The position numbers and the translations under genes were made by a program. 64,000 nucleotides of DNA, taken from the NCBI RefSeq assembly GCF_006345805.1, contig NC_043015.1, positions 11,408,001 to 11,472,000 on the forward strand. The letters are read 5' to 3'. Positions 26,673-41,238 of this stretch are shown here, piece after piece. Origin of the DNA: Octopus sinensis (Eukaryota). How positions within the stretch are numbered: position 1 is the stretch's first letter; every line of letters starts with the position of its first letter. A model generated the notes under the pieces. That model searched no databases, was not told where the DNA came from, and worked only from the letters and a program-made list of their open reading frames with translations.

Positions 26673-27007
26673 CTAGCAGTATCGCCCGGCGTTGCTCAGG
26701 TTTGTAAGGGAAATAACTATAAAGCATTTTTAGAGAGTTATAGCCAAAAAATGAGTAAAAAGGTGGAGTTGCGTCCCCTAGACAGTTTGCGGTTTGTGTT
26801 TCTGATTCTCGACCCCATGTCGAATTTATCGATTTTTTTCAGAACTGGGGGAACTTTTCAAAATTTTCGCTGCGTTAGTTTTGAATTATGACATTGGGCT
26901 ATGTGTGTGTCAAGTTTCATCAGAATCGGTTGAAAGCCGTGGTCAGGGTGAGGGTACAAGCAAACAGACACACAGAAACACGCACAGACAAACTGCCGTT
27001 TATATAT

Positions 27008-27010
<3 letters not shown>
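26673..27010 (-). mobile_element. Non-autonomous Helitron-type element
   Basis: Minus strand begins A|TC, carries an internal (GTCT/GT) microsatellite near the 5' end, has a GC-rich subterminal hairpin gagcaacgccgggcg and ends CTAG|T. Confidence 0.8.
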
Positions 27011-27051
<41 letters not shown>

Positions 27052-28399
27052 CACTATATAACACACATAGGTACGTTCGTACAACCGCGCGAACGCACAC
27101 TTCGTTTTATTGAAACTGGGATTTGCTTCAAGTATGAATTGCTGCACCGAAGCATTGATGGTGTATTTATTTCATTTGGAAAACAAAACTCAACGAATTT
27201 GCAGTTTACATAGTATTTCTATATGTATATCTACATCTATACATACATATATACCAGGGTTGTGTGTGTGTGCGTATTTATATCATTTTTCTGCCTGAAG
27301 AATTTCTAATTGGAGATATCTTACATGCTTTTCCTATAACATGTATAATTTTAAATCCTTCCCAAAAACTTCCCAATCACCTCCTTGATATTGTTATTCT
27401 TGAGAAAATATTTTCCAGTACTTTCACCTCTTACGCATATCTCATGTATCACACAAATATAGCATCTATATACAGATTTTGAATACTGAACTCAACAAGC
27501 ATTCTTCAAGAGGATACAGCCTGGATTTTAAACCTATCTACATAACGTATGTGTGTGTGTGCGTGTGTTTATGTTTGTCTGAATGTCTGTATTTCTGTGT
27601 GTGTGTTCGTGTGCTTGTATTTGTGTGTGTCTGTATATGTAAGAGTGTAGATATGTATGTGAATATGCATGTAGGTATGTATGTATATAACACTGATGAG
27701 GTTTCCAGAGCATACGCAAGGAGACATTTTGCATGAAGCGTACTATAGCAGTGAGAATGAATTCTAATATTGAAAACTTTTTCGATATTAGAAACCTGCA
27801 AGATCCGCTGATATCTACACCATTGGGTCTTAGATGATATCAATTTCTCAGTAAACAGATTATCCTTAACATTCCCACATTGTATTCGAGCTTCTTACTC
27901 ACAAACATCAATCACACTGTGCTGGCTTTCAAGTTGAATAAGACACAACTACTTATATTACAGCCTTTTTTCTTTGCTTTTAACTACAGGAAGGGAAGCA
28001 CTCCAGAAGCAATCATTTAGCATTCTATTAGTTTGGCTTTTCAGCACCACACTGGAGTATTAATCGATAGATATCATCCATTGTCGTGATTTTCTTCATC
28101 ACTACCGTAAACCTTTTTATCGTGTTGATGAAAAGGTAATGTTATTTTTTCTGTACTTTTCAAAGCCTGTAACTAATTATATTTTCTTCTGATGATATAA
28201 CAAAGGTTTACCGAAAAGCATCAGTAAGCAACTTACATCTCCGTTTTTCCTTTACTTCTAATTTCTAATTTCATTGTATATAGTTGTCAGGGAAATGCTA
28301 TTGGTTAATATTGATTTATTTTACTTCTATTGCCTAGGTAGGCAGGATAACCAGCTTTCTAACAGTAAGACGTTGTATTCTGTTAGACTTGGCGTCACT

Positions 28400-28830
28400 G
28401 ATTTATACACAAGAGATTTATATATAAGTTACCTTATATATAAATATAAAGGCACGGAACCCATGTTTTCAGAAACGGTGCTCTCAGCAGGTATATCTTA
28501 TCCGATACTGATTTATATGATGGACTAATGGATTTCGACATAAAGCCGTTCATATCGAACTTGAATATCGTAACGCATTATTTACTTCTGTCATTGATTA
28601 AGGCATAACCATATCTGCGATTTATTAATGTCGAGTTGACATGTTCCAACTGCGGAAAATGAATTGATTACAGGAATAATGGAATTCCAAATAACGCAAG
28701 AAACATACAGTCACAACCTAATGAGACATTCATGGAAAGTTTGTGTGAAGCCAATAAAATACACGAAATCTACTATCCTATGATACCCATTACACCATGC
28801 CAGTCGACGCCTCTATCAAATACTTCATGT
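28400..28830 (+). pseudogene. Highly decayed RTE-like LINE 3' fragment
   Basis: GALSRYILSDTDLYDGLMDF...Q...TFMESLCE resembles the RTE thumb region; weak. Confidence 0.25.
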
Positions 28831-29240
28831 GTTAAGTCTTTGCCATGAATAGAGTTAAAGTAAATGGCATGGAATCTCTAAAGTTTCAGATTAATACATT
28901 CAATACAGGTGGCCAAAGGATGATCTCTAATGAAAGATTACTCCGTTCTTAACTCCATACCGGTGCATTTCCACCTGAAACTTAATCCCAAACGCATATT
29001 TGTTCCGTCTTTCACACTCCTACTTTACTTTTCTTCTATTTCTATATATTTTTTTTCTGATGACTGTCTCACCGCCAAAACTTCTAGACGGTTTCCATTC
29101 CGCTCCTAACCTTTAATAGAGTGCAATACATGTTAAAGCTTCACGCTGTTGTGTCGTCCCGCATTTTTTAAATTTGGGTCATGGCCTTCACAATACATAT
29201 ATACATACATACTAATATAATATATATATATGTCTTTTTA

Positions 29241-29732
29241 TATAAGAATCAATTCCTCCAAACGCCCACCATCATAAAAAGTAAAAGAAAGCTCAAGACA
29301 ATGAAAGGTATTGTAAAAGAAACCCAAGTACACTCGTCAATAACACTGAAACCGACAGCAAAAATTACGGAAGACCTACATGTTATGTATGCATCAAGCT
29401 AATTGAGCGATTGGAGTTTTCCATCAAACACGATCAATGTTTTACAGTGAAAAGCATCACAAGTACTGCGGAAACCTGATATGTGTGTTACCTTACTGAG
29501 GGTGTCGAGAGCAATACACTGGTCAAACTAAAAACAATCTACGCCAGAAGGTGACCGTACATAGATTCCAGATCAAAATACAGGAATACAGAAAATTAAT
29601 ATTGAGGGAACATATCGACATTTGTGCCACTAATAAAGAACCCTCAGTAAATTTAGGGACAACGTAGACTATAATCAATGTATTAACAAAGAACCATATT
29701 TCATCGCAGAATATAAAACTCTTTTGAATGCT
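29241..29732 (+). pseudogene. Decayed PLE linker plus GIY-YIG endonuclease (second family)
   Basis: IIKSKRKLK, GRPTCYVC, FTVK, GCREQYTGQTKNNLRQKVTVHR, EHIDIC, KEPYFIAEYKTLLN across frameshifts. Confidence 0.75.
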
Positions 29733-30280
29733 TCCACCACAGATGATACTGCTACAGGGATCTCAGAATAATACCCACAGAAATATTAAAAACGAAAAAT
29801 ATATTAAGTGTAGTCGGTACCCATGAATTTATTTAGAACAGTTCGTACTACGACTGCTACTACAACCACAACAGATCAATTTAACGCTATTTGACCATTA
29901 AAGTATATTCCACGGACAGCTTCTACAACTGGGTAATATCACTCCTGTCCTTTTATTTTTTCTCCTTCTCCTTTGTTTTCTTCCACTTCTTCTTTTTCTT
30001 CCCCTCTTCCTTCGCCTCCTCTTTCTTCGGCTGCTGCTGCTTGAACCATCAAACTTTAGAAGAGCCAGTACAGTTTTTCAGATCCGCCTTCACAAAGCTA
30101 CGAGCCTTCAAAAAAGAAAAGAGAGAGAGAGAGACTATGGAAATATTTAAGAAATATTTCATTTAATATTTTTCTTCAATTTAATTATTTTCTTCTCAAT
30201 ATCCACACACATATATACACTCACTCAAACCCACCCACTCACACACACACACGCACACACAACCCCCCGCCCATATATAT

Positions 30281-30324
<44 letters not shown>

Positions 30325-30440
30325 AAGAGCAATAAAGATTCAAGTTAATTTTAAAAATTTACTTGAATATGGTACCTAACTTAGATGCACCAAAAAAAAC
30401 TATACTGATTTAACAATACAGTAATGTGGGGTGATTATAA

Positions 30441-30492
30441 GCGAGAAAGAAGCAACAAGAATGGATATCCATTCTTGTTGCTTCTTTCTCGC
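30441..30492. repeat. Perfect 52-bp palindrome without spacer
   Basis: gcgagaaagaagcaacaagaatggat|atccattcttgttgcttctttctcgc. Confidence 0.95.
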
Positions 30493-30521
30493 GTATATAT
30501 ATATATATATATATATATATA

Positions 30522-31409
30522 CAAAGGAGTAACAAAAAGTAGCCGTAAACGTTCTCTGTGGACAAGCGCGTTGTAGTTCAGGCTTCCGCCGCTAGAAGAC
30601 ACTTGATACAATCCTCGGGCATCATTCTGCCGACTGGCATTGTCCAGTGGGGTCATATTGCCACGTCGTGCGTCTTTGCTTTGTAGTGCTTCACTCCTGT
30701 TCGTCGATTTTTGCGATGGCTGAAACGACGGAATAGCTTGCTTCCGTAAAATTCTGTTTTCTGTTGGGGGAAAACCGCCTCCGAAACAGTTGACATACTT
30801 CAGAAAGCTAACAAAACCGCTGCCATGAGCAAAGCACAAGTTTACGAGTGCTTTTCACGCTTTAGGTGTTGTCACTTGTTGTTTGAGGACTAACCTCGTT
30901 CAGCGAAACCATTGGCCTTCCGAACGAATGAAAGCATCACGAAAATTCATGAACTGATCTTGGAATACCGTTACCAAACAGTTGACAAACTTGATATGAC
31001 TGGTGTGTCCTGGTGCTCCTGCCAACGAATCTTGTGCGAGGAATTGCGAGTGTTGCAGTAAAATGTGTGTCTCGCTTACTCACGGAATATCAGAAGAAGT
31101 TACGACTGAATGCTTGTCGTGAACTGAAATAACAGTTGGAAATTGACCCGGAACTTTTTTCGAAGGTCATCAATGGTGTCGAAATCTGATGCTACAGAAC
31201 TAGCAGATGTGGAAGAGGTGAAGAAAAAAATTCGACGGAGGCGTTAAAAGGCATCACTTCCAGCACTGCTTCCCATAGTGGAAAACGCGCCTGGACAGAT
31301 GCATTACTTCAAATGGAGATTACATTGAAGGCAAGAAAAAGTGTAGACATGTAAATTAAGTAAATAAAATAACATTGCAAAATCCCGGTTTTTTTGGGGT
31401 AACCCCTCG
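30522..31409 (+). mobile_element. Mariner element, internally deleted and decayed
   Basis: VKFCFLLGKTASETV, AMSKAQVYECFSRF, KCVSRLLTEYQK, FSKVINGVE joined to C-terminal DVEEVKK...RLDRCITSNGDYIEG; degenerate TIRs, TA flanks. Confidence 0.85.
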
Positions 31410-33749
31410 TATATACTGAAACAGACATAATCACATACACACACAAATGTATACATAGAAACATACATATTTATATATGCAAATACTTATACATGCAAAT
31501 AGATATGTAATCGAAAGAAAAGTAAACTCAGCTCGTCTTCACGATTAAATATTTCCATTTACTTTGTTTTCAGAAGCAAGGAAATCACGCCTGATTGTTC
31601 CGCCGTTTAAATATTGATTTGGCAAGTCATCTATAACTGCTAATAATTGTTTATTGGTAATGGATCATACATAATGTTCATTGTTGATGGTCACTATTAG
31701 TCACATCATGAATTCCAAAATGGTTCATACGTGTACAACTCCAGCGTGATGGATGTTAGAAGTTTCGATGTCGTCTAAAATTTGACCAAACTTTATGAGG
31801 CAGTTTTTAAGAGCTAATGACTTAACATTAAGCACGAGTCCCATTTGTGGCAACAGGACGAGAGTTCAGTAAGCTAGGGTATAGAGCCAGTTATTACAAT
31901 ATATGTATTTCTCATAAAGAAAATAGAAAAATACCACGCTACGCGGGAAAGAAAAGGGACATTTTTGAGAATATTCGATGCTGCCTTTCACACACCAGCA
32001 ACGACCCAATTATAGAATGCACACGTGACATATTTGATCAACAAAACCGATAGTTTATGAGTGTTCATGTTTGTGTATGTGTGCTTGTGTGTGCGTAAGG
32101 TAATTATTATCTATCGCCAGCTACATCAACAGGTGGGTGCCTGGCTGGAGGGTGAAAGAGCAGTTCAAGTAATTTCGTTGAGATGCAGCATCAAATCACG
32201 TTAAATCGAGCGCATCTGTCATAGCTGTTCGTTTTGACATCATACAGTTGGGGGTGTATTAAAGCTATGGGGATGACTGCATCTAGCTGTAACTGGTGAA
32301 GCATTGAAAGAGGTTAGCATGCTGTGAATATCTCGTCATTGAACCAACGTATATACATCCCGTCTGAGTCTAATGCTGTGCATTGGGGTTTGTAATGCAG
32401 AGTAAATAAAATACCCACAAATGAAGAGGCAAATGGCCGTCATTGAATTGGATGAAGCAGCATTGACATATAAAAAATATGTCTGTATTCGGTGTGTGGT
32501 GCATGCGTCTGTGGTGTGTGTGTTTGTGTTTGTGTGTGTGCCTGAAAGCTTGTTATTGTGAGTGAAAATGAGTGAGTATGAGCATGTATGCTTTTGAATG
32601 CGTTTTTAAAATTTTTGCCCTTGACGCCTGTTCTCAGAAGAAAATTCCTTCTTTCTTTTCAAACATATATAATTTTTAATTCTCTAAGAAATTTACACAA
32701 AATAATACGGCTAAAGAATTCTTGAGAAGAACAACTGGCACGCTTAGAGTGAACAAGTAAATGCTGAGATTTTATGTATTGCTGATAATGTGGCTGCAAA
32801 TGTTACATCTGTCATATATAAGAGATCTGGTGTTAAGTAGATGTCAAGTCGAAATGACATAAACTGCCAGTATAGAGATGGTTCATTATGTTGAAGAATA
32901 TCAGCCAATTTTACACAGGAGAAATTGCCACTGAAGTTCTATTCCAACGGATAGGCCATGATATAACTTGACAGCTTATGACCAAATATATAGTATGTTG
33001 AAATGGAATGATCAGAAAGTCTAAAAATAAAATATCCCTGCATCCGTTTCATAGATCTCTAATAAATAAAAAAACTCGACGACAAACCAATCTCAAAGGA
33101 AACATGATAGGACAAATAGGTTCACGACCAAAAATGTTATTTTCAATTCACCGAGTTTCTGAGATTTAATTAAAGCAAATAACAATTTCATTTGCTATTA
33201 GAAATTTTCTAAATCAAGCAAATAAACAGACGAGTGGTATGTTAACTTAGATAAAAAAAAAAGAAAAGAAAAATGTTTCCTAGATAATGTGTCGATTTAA
33301 CAAGAATTCCTCTTACTTCTGTATGAAGACTGTATATAGATACCGAGTTAGAAACGAACAGATAGATACTAAAAAAGAACAGAAATACAGAAAAAAATCA
33401 GATAGGCAGATATATAGATTGAAAGATGATTAGGAAGTCTTCGAGTGAGTCATTCATATTTAAAAAAATAAGATGGTCGACGCACAGACAGAAACATTGA
33501 TGAATAGACTAGAATTTGTATTAAGATAGAATTTCTGTGAAATTTTCGATGCGAAATATTCTAATGCAGTTTAATTAAAACGATTGAAAAATCTTTCCTG
33601 CTCATTTCCGGAGAATCAACAGTTTTGTTTGAATTGTTTGAATAAGAAATTCTATTTTTTCTCAAGTTTTAAGACACGCCAGCCATCTGCTGCCATCAGA
33701 TTATAACGGAAAGTACATACACACTTGCTCACTCACACTCTCCCTCTCA

Positions 33750-33755
33750 TACCCA

Positions 33756-33795
<40 letters not shown>

Positions 33796-33861
33796 TTACT
33801 TCTTTGTGTCCAAATATTCATTTATTTGAAATTCTATTTCGATGAATCTATAGATATACAG

Positions 33862-33922
<61 letters not shown>

Positions 33923-33941
33923 CCATTCTTGTTGCTTTTTT

Positions 33942-33984
<43 letters not shown>

Positions 33985-34120
33985 ATATATATATATATAT
34001 TTATATATACATATATAGACATATAAACACATATGCGCATATATATATATATATATACATATATATAGACATATAAACACATATGCACATATATATATAT
34101 ATATTATATATATATATATA
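33750..34120. repeat. (TA)n-rich cluster
   Basis: Direct. Confidence 0.9.
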
Positions 34121-34452
34121 TTTCAATGTTTATATTCGCATATTCAAAAGATACATATACATATAGATACATATGTGTGTGTATTAACAAGTGAATATAA
34201 ACATTAAAATATATTTATCTTATATACCAATAAACAAGCTTGCGTATGTAATCACGTATAGGCAGAGACATTAATAAAAATGCACACAAAAATCCATGCA
34301 CAGACATATGTTAATAAACTATTTCAGAATCATTTCTCATATTTGTCATGAAAAATACCAAATTTTATGGATGCTAAGTTGCATCACTGTCTCATAGATA
34401 TACACGCATAAATGTATATATTTATAAGTACTTATATACGCAGATATATAGA

Positions 34453-34651
<199 letters not shown>

Positions 34652-34669
34652 GTGATATTCATAAATATA

Positions 34670-34704
<35 letters not shown>

Positions 34705-35529
34705 GTATGTATGTATGCATGTATGTATGTATGTACGTATATATGTATCTATACATGTTTTATGGGTGTATTTGTCTGCCGTCAGATATGCATGAAATAT
34801 TTTTTATAAGTTCGTCAAATACTTTCTCATTTAAAATTATGGCTATTCACATTCACATTTACTGCACTTGCTCCGTTCCAATATGCTCGTAGATGTATGT
34901 TTCCCTTCCAAGCATTGCTGAATGATAATGACTAAACTCTAAACAAAATAACGAAAAACTATGTGATATAACCGAGGACAATGCCAAGTGAATTACTTGG
35001 TATTCTGTTTTAAATTTTTATTCGCGTACTTAATACGTTGATTAATATTAACTGTTTCTATCCAAGATTGAGTAAATAGTCACTGCCTTCAATCTGTTCT
35101 GACGCCTATTCACAATCAGCTCTATGACTATTGACTCTGGGAATTCATTTCTTTTCGTGTTAAATTTTAGATCCATACTCCCATCTTGTTTAATTTGGAT
35201 TCATATAAATTCATGGCAGTAGTCACTTTTTCAGACAACTTAAATAAGCGATTATTTGAACTAATATTTGTTTTGATTAGTTGTATGTCCGTCACTTTAC
35301 TCTATAGCCCCAGGCACATATTTACACTTCACAATATATAACCAACGAGGAAATCAAACAGAAATGACTTTTCACTATATGTGTAGGAAAGTGACGAATT
35401 TTCGTTGATGTAATTATATGTATTTTGTAGTGTCTCTGAAGAGTCATTCTGTTTTAATATCTTATTAATTAACACACTCCCCGGTTCAATTTCCATTCAT
35501 CTATTAGGTATCAGTTGCCACTCAATTAT

Positions 35530-36362
35530 TAGGTGTCAGTCAGCCGACCGGCGTCGTTAGGTTGAGTCTTACTGCCACGTAATGTGTGTTTGTTTTGCAT
35601 TGAGTCTCCCTGTTCGTCATTTTTTGCGAAATGAACGGTGCGTTTCTGTGAAATTGTTTTCGGCTGAGGAAAACGGCGGGCGGCTAAAACAGTTTTCATG
35701 CTTCAGACAGATTAAATTCACGCTGACATGAGCAAAATACAAATGTACGAGTAGTTTTCACGCTTTAAAAATGGTCACTTGTCGCTTGAAGACCAAACAC
35801 GTTCAGGACATTTTCTACCTCCCGAACGAATGTAAACTTCATGAAAATTCATGAACTCATTGATCTTGGAGGCCATCATCGAACAATTGACGAAACTGTT
35901 GGTATGGCCGGTGTGTCCTGAAATTATTGCTAGCGAATTTTGAGCGGTGAATTGCGAATGAAAAGAATTGCAGCAAAATGTGTGCCTCGCTTGCTCAAAG
36001 AAGATCAAAAGCAGTCACGACTGAATGCGTGACTTGAACTGAAGGAACATTTGGAAATTGATCCTGACCTTTTTTCGAAGGTCATCATTGGTGAGGAAAG
36101 CTGGCTACGACCCGCAACCGAAGCAGCAATTACGTTAATTGAAGCATTCAATGTCACCACGCCAACCAAAATGCGCATCAAGTGAAGTCCAATGTCAAGA
36201 CGATGCTAATTTGTCTCATCAATGCGAAAGAAATTGTCCACACAGAATTTCTTCCTCCTGCTCAAAACTGTTAACAAGACACAGACACTTTAATTGGCAG
36301 TTCTAAAACATTTGGAGACCCAAATGCCCCTACTTGTGGCTAAGTGGAGATTGATGGTTTCA
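35530..36362 (+). mobile_element. Mariner fragment, same family as 30522-31409
   Basis: MKRIAAKCVPRLLKEDQK and FSKVIIGEESW; nucleotide similarity to 30650-31190; 3' end truncated at family H1. Confidence 0.8.
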
Positions 36363-36364
36363 TG

Positions 36365-36678
36365 TAGCTGGAGGAGGTGTCCTCCTGGGGCTACAAGCTA
36401 CAGTAGCATCAACTCTTAAGGGTTAGCCACATTTATGTGGGAAATATATTTCACGATGTCGTGCAGCTACTTTTTATACCGCGCTCAAAGATTTATTATT
36501 GCTTCTTTACACTTTTTTGAGATCAGCGACTTTTCGTCACGGGAAAAAGGATATATATATATATATATATATATGCATTGGGAACCACTTCACATCGACA
36601 ACCGGTGATTGTCACACGCTGATGACGGGTCAATACCCAGAAACTCGGGTCCGTGTGTATCATATCAGATTGGAGATT
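36365..36678 (+). mobile_element. Hammerhead-bearing repeat family H1, copy 2 (circularly permuted relative to copy 1)
   Basis: Segments that follow the HHR in copy 1 (gctggaggag...ttaagggttagccacattt) precede it here. Confidence 0.8.
36613..36657 (+). ncRNA. Type I hammerhead ribozyme (H1)
   Basis: cacacg CTGATGA cgggt-caat-accca GAAAC tcgg GTC cgtgtg. The two copies together give a perfect consensus helix II TGGGT/ACCCA. Confidence 0.85.
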
Positions 36679-36689
36679 TTTTCTCTTCG

Positions 36690-38221
36690 TTAGCCCTTAA
36701 TCTTGGCTCCAAAGTAAGCTAGCTTTACCAGTGATAATGTTAAAGGAAAAAGAAAATTGGAGATAAATTATCGCAAAAAACGAAAATGGTGTTCGAGTGT
36801 CTGCTCTCGTTGCGTAGTACAGTTTGCCTAAATCGAAAATATCTACTATTCTAAAAAATAAGGAAGTGATAAAAGCAGCTGATTTTGCAAAAGAAGTAAC
36901 TGTTATTAATAAACAAAGACCAAAGATACTCGAAAAAGTGGAAACGTTATTGCTTAATTTTATAAATGAGAAACAGTTAGCATGTGTCTGTATCAGTCAA
37001 GCATCTTTTGTGAGATGCCATTAGAAATTTATAACGAAATAGTAAAGAAAACCCCTGGTACCCTGGTACAAGTGCTGGAAGTGATACTTTTGAATTCAAA
37101 GGTAGAAGAAGATGGTTCAAGAAATTTAAGAAAAGAAGTGAAATACACAGTGTAATTAGGCATGGAAACAATGTTATGGAGAGTATTCTCGTGTTAGACA
37201 ATGCTCGCGATCACCCTGGAGGTTTGGAGGGTGACTATACTCGAAGCGTTTGATTTTATTCAGGTCAAATACTGCCAGCTAACACAACACCTCTAAAACA
37301 GCCAATAGACCAACAGGTCATTGCAAACTTTAAGAAACTTTAAATAAAAGTCCTGTTTCGAAAGTGTCTTCAAGTCACTAATGACACTTAGAGAGTTTTG
37401 GAAAAATCATTTTAATATTCTGTATTGTGTTAATCTTATTGATAATTCATGGAACCAAATGAGTTACAGAACCATGAATTCAGCATGGAGGAAACTTTGG
37501 CCAGAGTGTATACCAGAACAAAACTTTGAGGGTTTTCAGACAGCTACAGGTACAGGTGCTGTGAAGGAAATTGCTATTGTTCATAATATTATCTCTATGA
37601 GAAAAAATATGGGCTTGAATGTCGGCAGTGAAGTTACTGGAGAGCTGGCGGAAGACCACCGTAATGAGCTTACCACAAAAGAGCTCGCACACCTTCAAAA
37701 TGAACAGCAAAAGATTTGGACTGAGGAAATGTCTGAGATCGAGGAAGCAAAGGAGCATGTCCCAAGTTCTTTAAACAAAGAAATATGTGGTAAATGGGGT
37801 GATTTTGTAGGAAGATATCACCCTGATACAGTGCTAGCAAATAGAGCAGTAAACCTAACCAATAACAATGTCATGTTTTATTTTAGAAAGATTTTACAGT
37901 GCAAGCAAAAACAACAGTGAATAGGTTTTTATGGAAAGATTTACCTCAGCCAAAGCGACAGAGCAGGGAAGAAACCCCTGGAAGACAGCTACCAGAAGTT
38001 ACTATGAAATAACAGACCTTGTGTCATTTACAGTTTGAACATACATATTTATACTAAAATATATAGTGTAAGTATGTAAATAAGCATTCATCTGTTGCTG
38101 GGAAACGAAGTAATCTCTGTTACATTTATTGTAATGGGGAAAAAATGATTCGGTTCTCGAACAATTCAGTTTTAGAAAAGACTTTCAGAACAAATTATGG
38201 TCGAGAACCGAGGTTGCTCTG
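36690..38221 (+). mobile_element. Pogo/Tigger-type transposon, internally deleted and decayed
   Basis: CENP-B-like HTH (ENGVRVS, KSKISTILKNKEVIKAAD, INEKQLA), WFKKFKKRS, DDE region VLDNA, QPIDQQVIANFK, NSAWRKLWP; right TIR tcgagaaccgaggttgctctg followed by TA. Confidence 0.9.
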
Positions 38222-40576
38222 TACATACATAACTGTTTATATATGCATGTGTATTTGTGTGTGTGTGTGCTAAGTTTGACTTCATGGAACTTTGATATGA
38301 AACCGTGTGTTGAAACAAAATTGTTATAGTTTAAGAATAGTGATATTGTTGAAGGCTATAAATAAACACGCTCACTTGTTGTTGTTTCTTCGTTTTAGCT
38401 ATATTATTTAGTTTTCCAGATATTTTCATTCACGCTATTTCCGTGAACTTCTGAATAGATTTTCGTTGTCAAATGATTCAGGTTTATTAACGTGTTTTTC
38501 TTCCGTTCTGCTGTTTTGTTATCTTTGTGTGGCAAACCTGTGATAATAGTGATGGTATAGTTTCAGTTTTTATTAATGTATTTACATCATTTGTTTCTTT
38601 TGTTTCCTTCCGTTGTTGCCAGCGTCAGAATACGTGTGTGTCTGTGTATGTGTATGTGTGCATGTGGGTCGCATCGCTGTGTGCATGTGTGTGTCTCGTA
38701 TCAGTTTGTGTGTAGGTGTGTATGCGTGGTGAATAATGCGAATGCAAATTTCCAGGAAAAGAAGACATAAAGCAAAAATCAAGAGCCAACAAAAGTTGAA
38801 TGTGTTTAAGGCTTTCACAACATCATTTGTCCAAAACATAATATTGTTTCAAGGCATGTTTTCATATTCAAATTCAAAAAAGATCAAATTTAATAAAACA
38901 CACATATACATACAAACATTTACATTCATACACATACGCATACACACACATACATACAATCCTTATACACGCATGGTTTTAGACTTAACGTATCCTTATT
39001 TTTGTATTAAAACGCTGGCGGATTCTTGCTAGGTGGGGCGTTGTTATTCCATTCATTATTATATTTGGAATGTAGTTGGTGTCACCCTCTGCTGTGCTTT
39101 TTAATGTTAGCTCTGTTGGATGTTTCGAAAGTATTTGTACATTTTAAATCTTTTATTGATTCAATGTATTTTTGGACATTTTATTGATATAGAATGAATG
39201 TCAGATACAAAACTTCAGATAGACTGTAACTGCAGTCTAAATTTCAGGCATGTAAAGCATTGCGTAATGTTTATTTCGCCTGCGGATTCCATAAAGGATA
39301 CACCTGCATATGGAATAATCTGCCAAGTAAAATATAGTTCCATAGATAATAACCTTTAAATAATCATCGTTGAAGCCGACGGAGATCCATTCACTGTTTT
39401 TCTGCATGTAACGCAAGTAATGGTATACGGAGTAATGACATACAGAACAGCATGTCTTTTGGAGATGCAATACATTATTGCGGCTATTTGTATACGTGTT
39501 GTGCAAATTGTTATATATCATCTATGGACATTTCTATTATTTTTCCATTTAGCTAAAACATGTGATTGCAAAGTCATCAGATCGCCGAGAAATTTGTCGA
39601 ACACCGTTTCTATTTGACCTCTTAGTTTATAATTCGGGTTTTCCCTTCGCAGCTAATTTATGTACCGGCCAATTACTTAGCTCCATTTACACTAGTTTGC
39701 TTCATCCCCAAATATGCTACCAATGTAAATGTATATTTTGTTATCAGTGTAAGAAATTGCTATTACATTTTCCTATAATGTAAGAGGGTAAAGAAAAAGA
39801 AAATTAAAACAAAAACCAGTGAAGAGTATAAAAAATATATAAAATTCGGTGTCGCCATCTTTGCAATATTCAATACGAATGCTCAACGTGAATTTACCAC
39901 ATGAGAAGCCTAAAATAATATGGAAATAAAGAAAAAAAATCGTAGCACCCTTTATTCGATATCATTATTCTGTGAAATCCTGATAAAATAATCTATTTGC
40001 TATAGCCAGTCTGTAGATGACAGAGATGAAAGACTACGAAGATGAATAGACGAGACCTTACAACGTGTTACATTGTTTATAAATATTTATTCCTTGTGTA
40101 TCATTTGCATTACATACATAATTCTGGAATAAAATAGAACATCTAATACTGAAAATCATCAGGGAACTGGAAGAGACAAGATTTTACAAGAACACACACA
40201 CACAAAAAGAAACACGATGAAACTACACATAGCTACTTACTGGCTAATGTTCTCACAAAATTCTCCATTGTAGAGAAGTCGTGTATGTGCCTATTCATGT
40301 ATGTGTAAGCGCGTGTGTATATGAGAAAGAGAAAAGCAGAAAAGGAGGAAGAGATGATGTATATATATATATATATATATATACATGTAGATATAGATAT
40401 GGATGTGTGTGTACGTGCACATAAACACAGATGCGCACATACATTTTTGTGTATGTATACATATACTACAAACACAGACACACATATGACTAACATATAC
40501 ATACACCACTTCACACTCGCACACACATGAATGCACACACACGTATATATATATATATATATATATACATCTTCGT

Positions 40577-40621
<45 letters not shown>

Positions 40622-41238
40622 AACATGTCTTCTGCCAGTCCAGCATGTATGTGAGATAGCATATAAATGATAGATCTGATAGATCATTGGCAATCTTGCA
40701 ATGTCTCGCGCCTGCTGGAGGCATATTTAATAAGGTAGTTTCTGTATGGAGTGGGTTTGTATTGATTAAACGTGATGAAAATGTTGGATTAATTCTGTCT
40801 CAGTAATGCCAAATCAATGTTGTTTGATGTCAATATCAGGAACTGCTTAAATTATTTTAGATTTGTAAATTGTCAGTGCAACATATTGAATAAAACTACA
40901 TTGGAACATATCCACAGCCAGTTAAACATACAACTAACGACAGTTTGTCTCACCAAATGCTATTTGAATGTATTTACATTGAGTTATTTCCATATTATGT
41001 GTTCACTCGAGTGGTTTCATGCCAGAATTTCTGTAAGAAACGAAAGATCATTGTTACGTGATAAAAAATAAAGGACCGAGTTCGTATTTTGTCAACGACA
41101 CTTGCCAAAGACACACCCAACAAGATAACCATGTATTATCGTTGTTGTTGTTGTTTTTGTTGTTGTTGGTGGTGGTGGTGGTGGTGGTAGTTTAGTATTA
41201 ATGAAACATCAGCGCAAATCGAGCTCATGTGTGACCAA

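Noticed and set aside
27690-27730. ctgatgag followed by a hairpin
   Set aside because: No GAAA or NUH downstream.
29930-30110. Glu/Gly/Lys-rich short frame on the minus strand
   Set aside because: Low-complexity purine tract with no domain or splice support.
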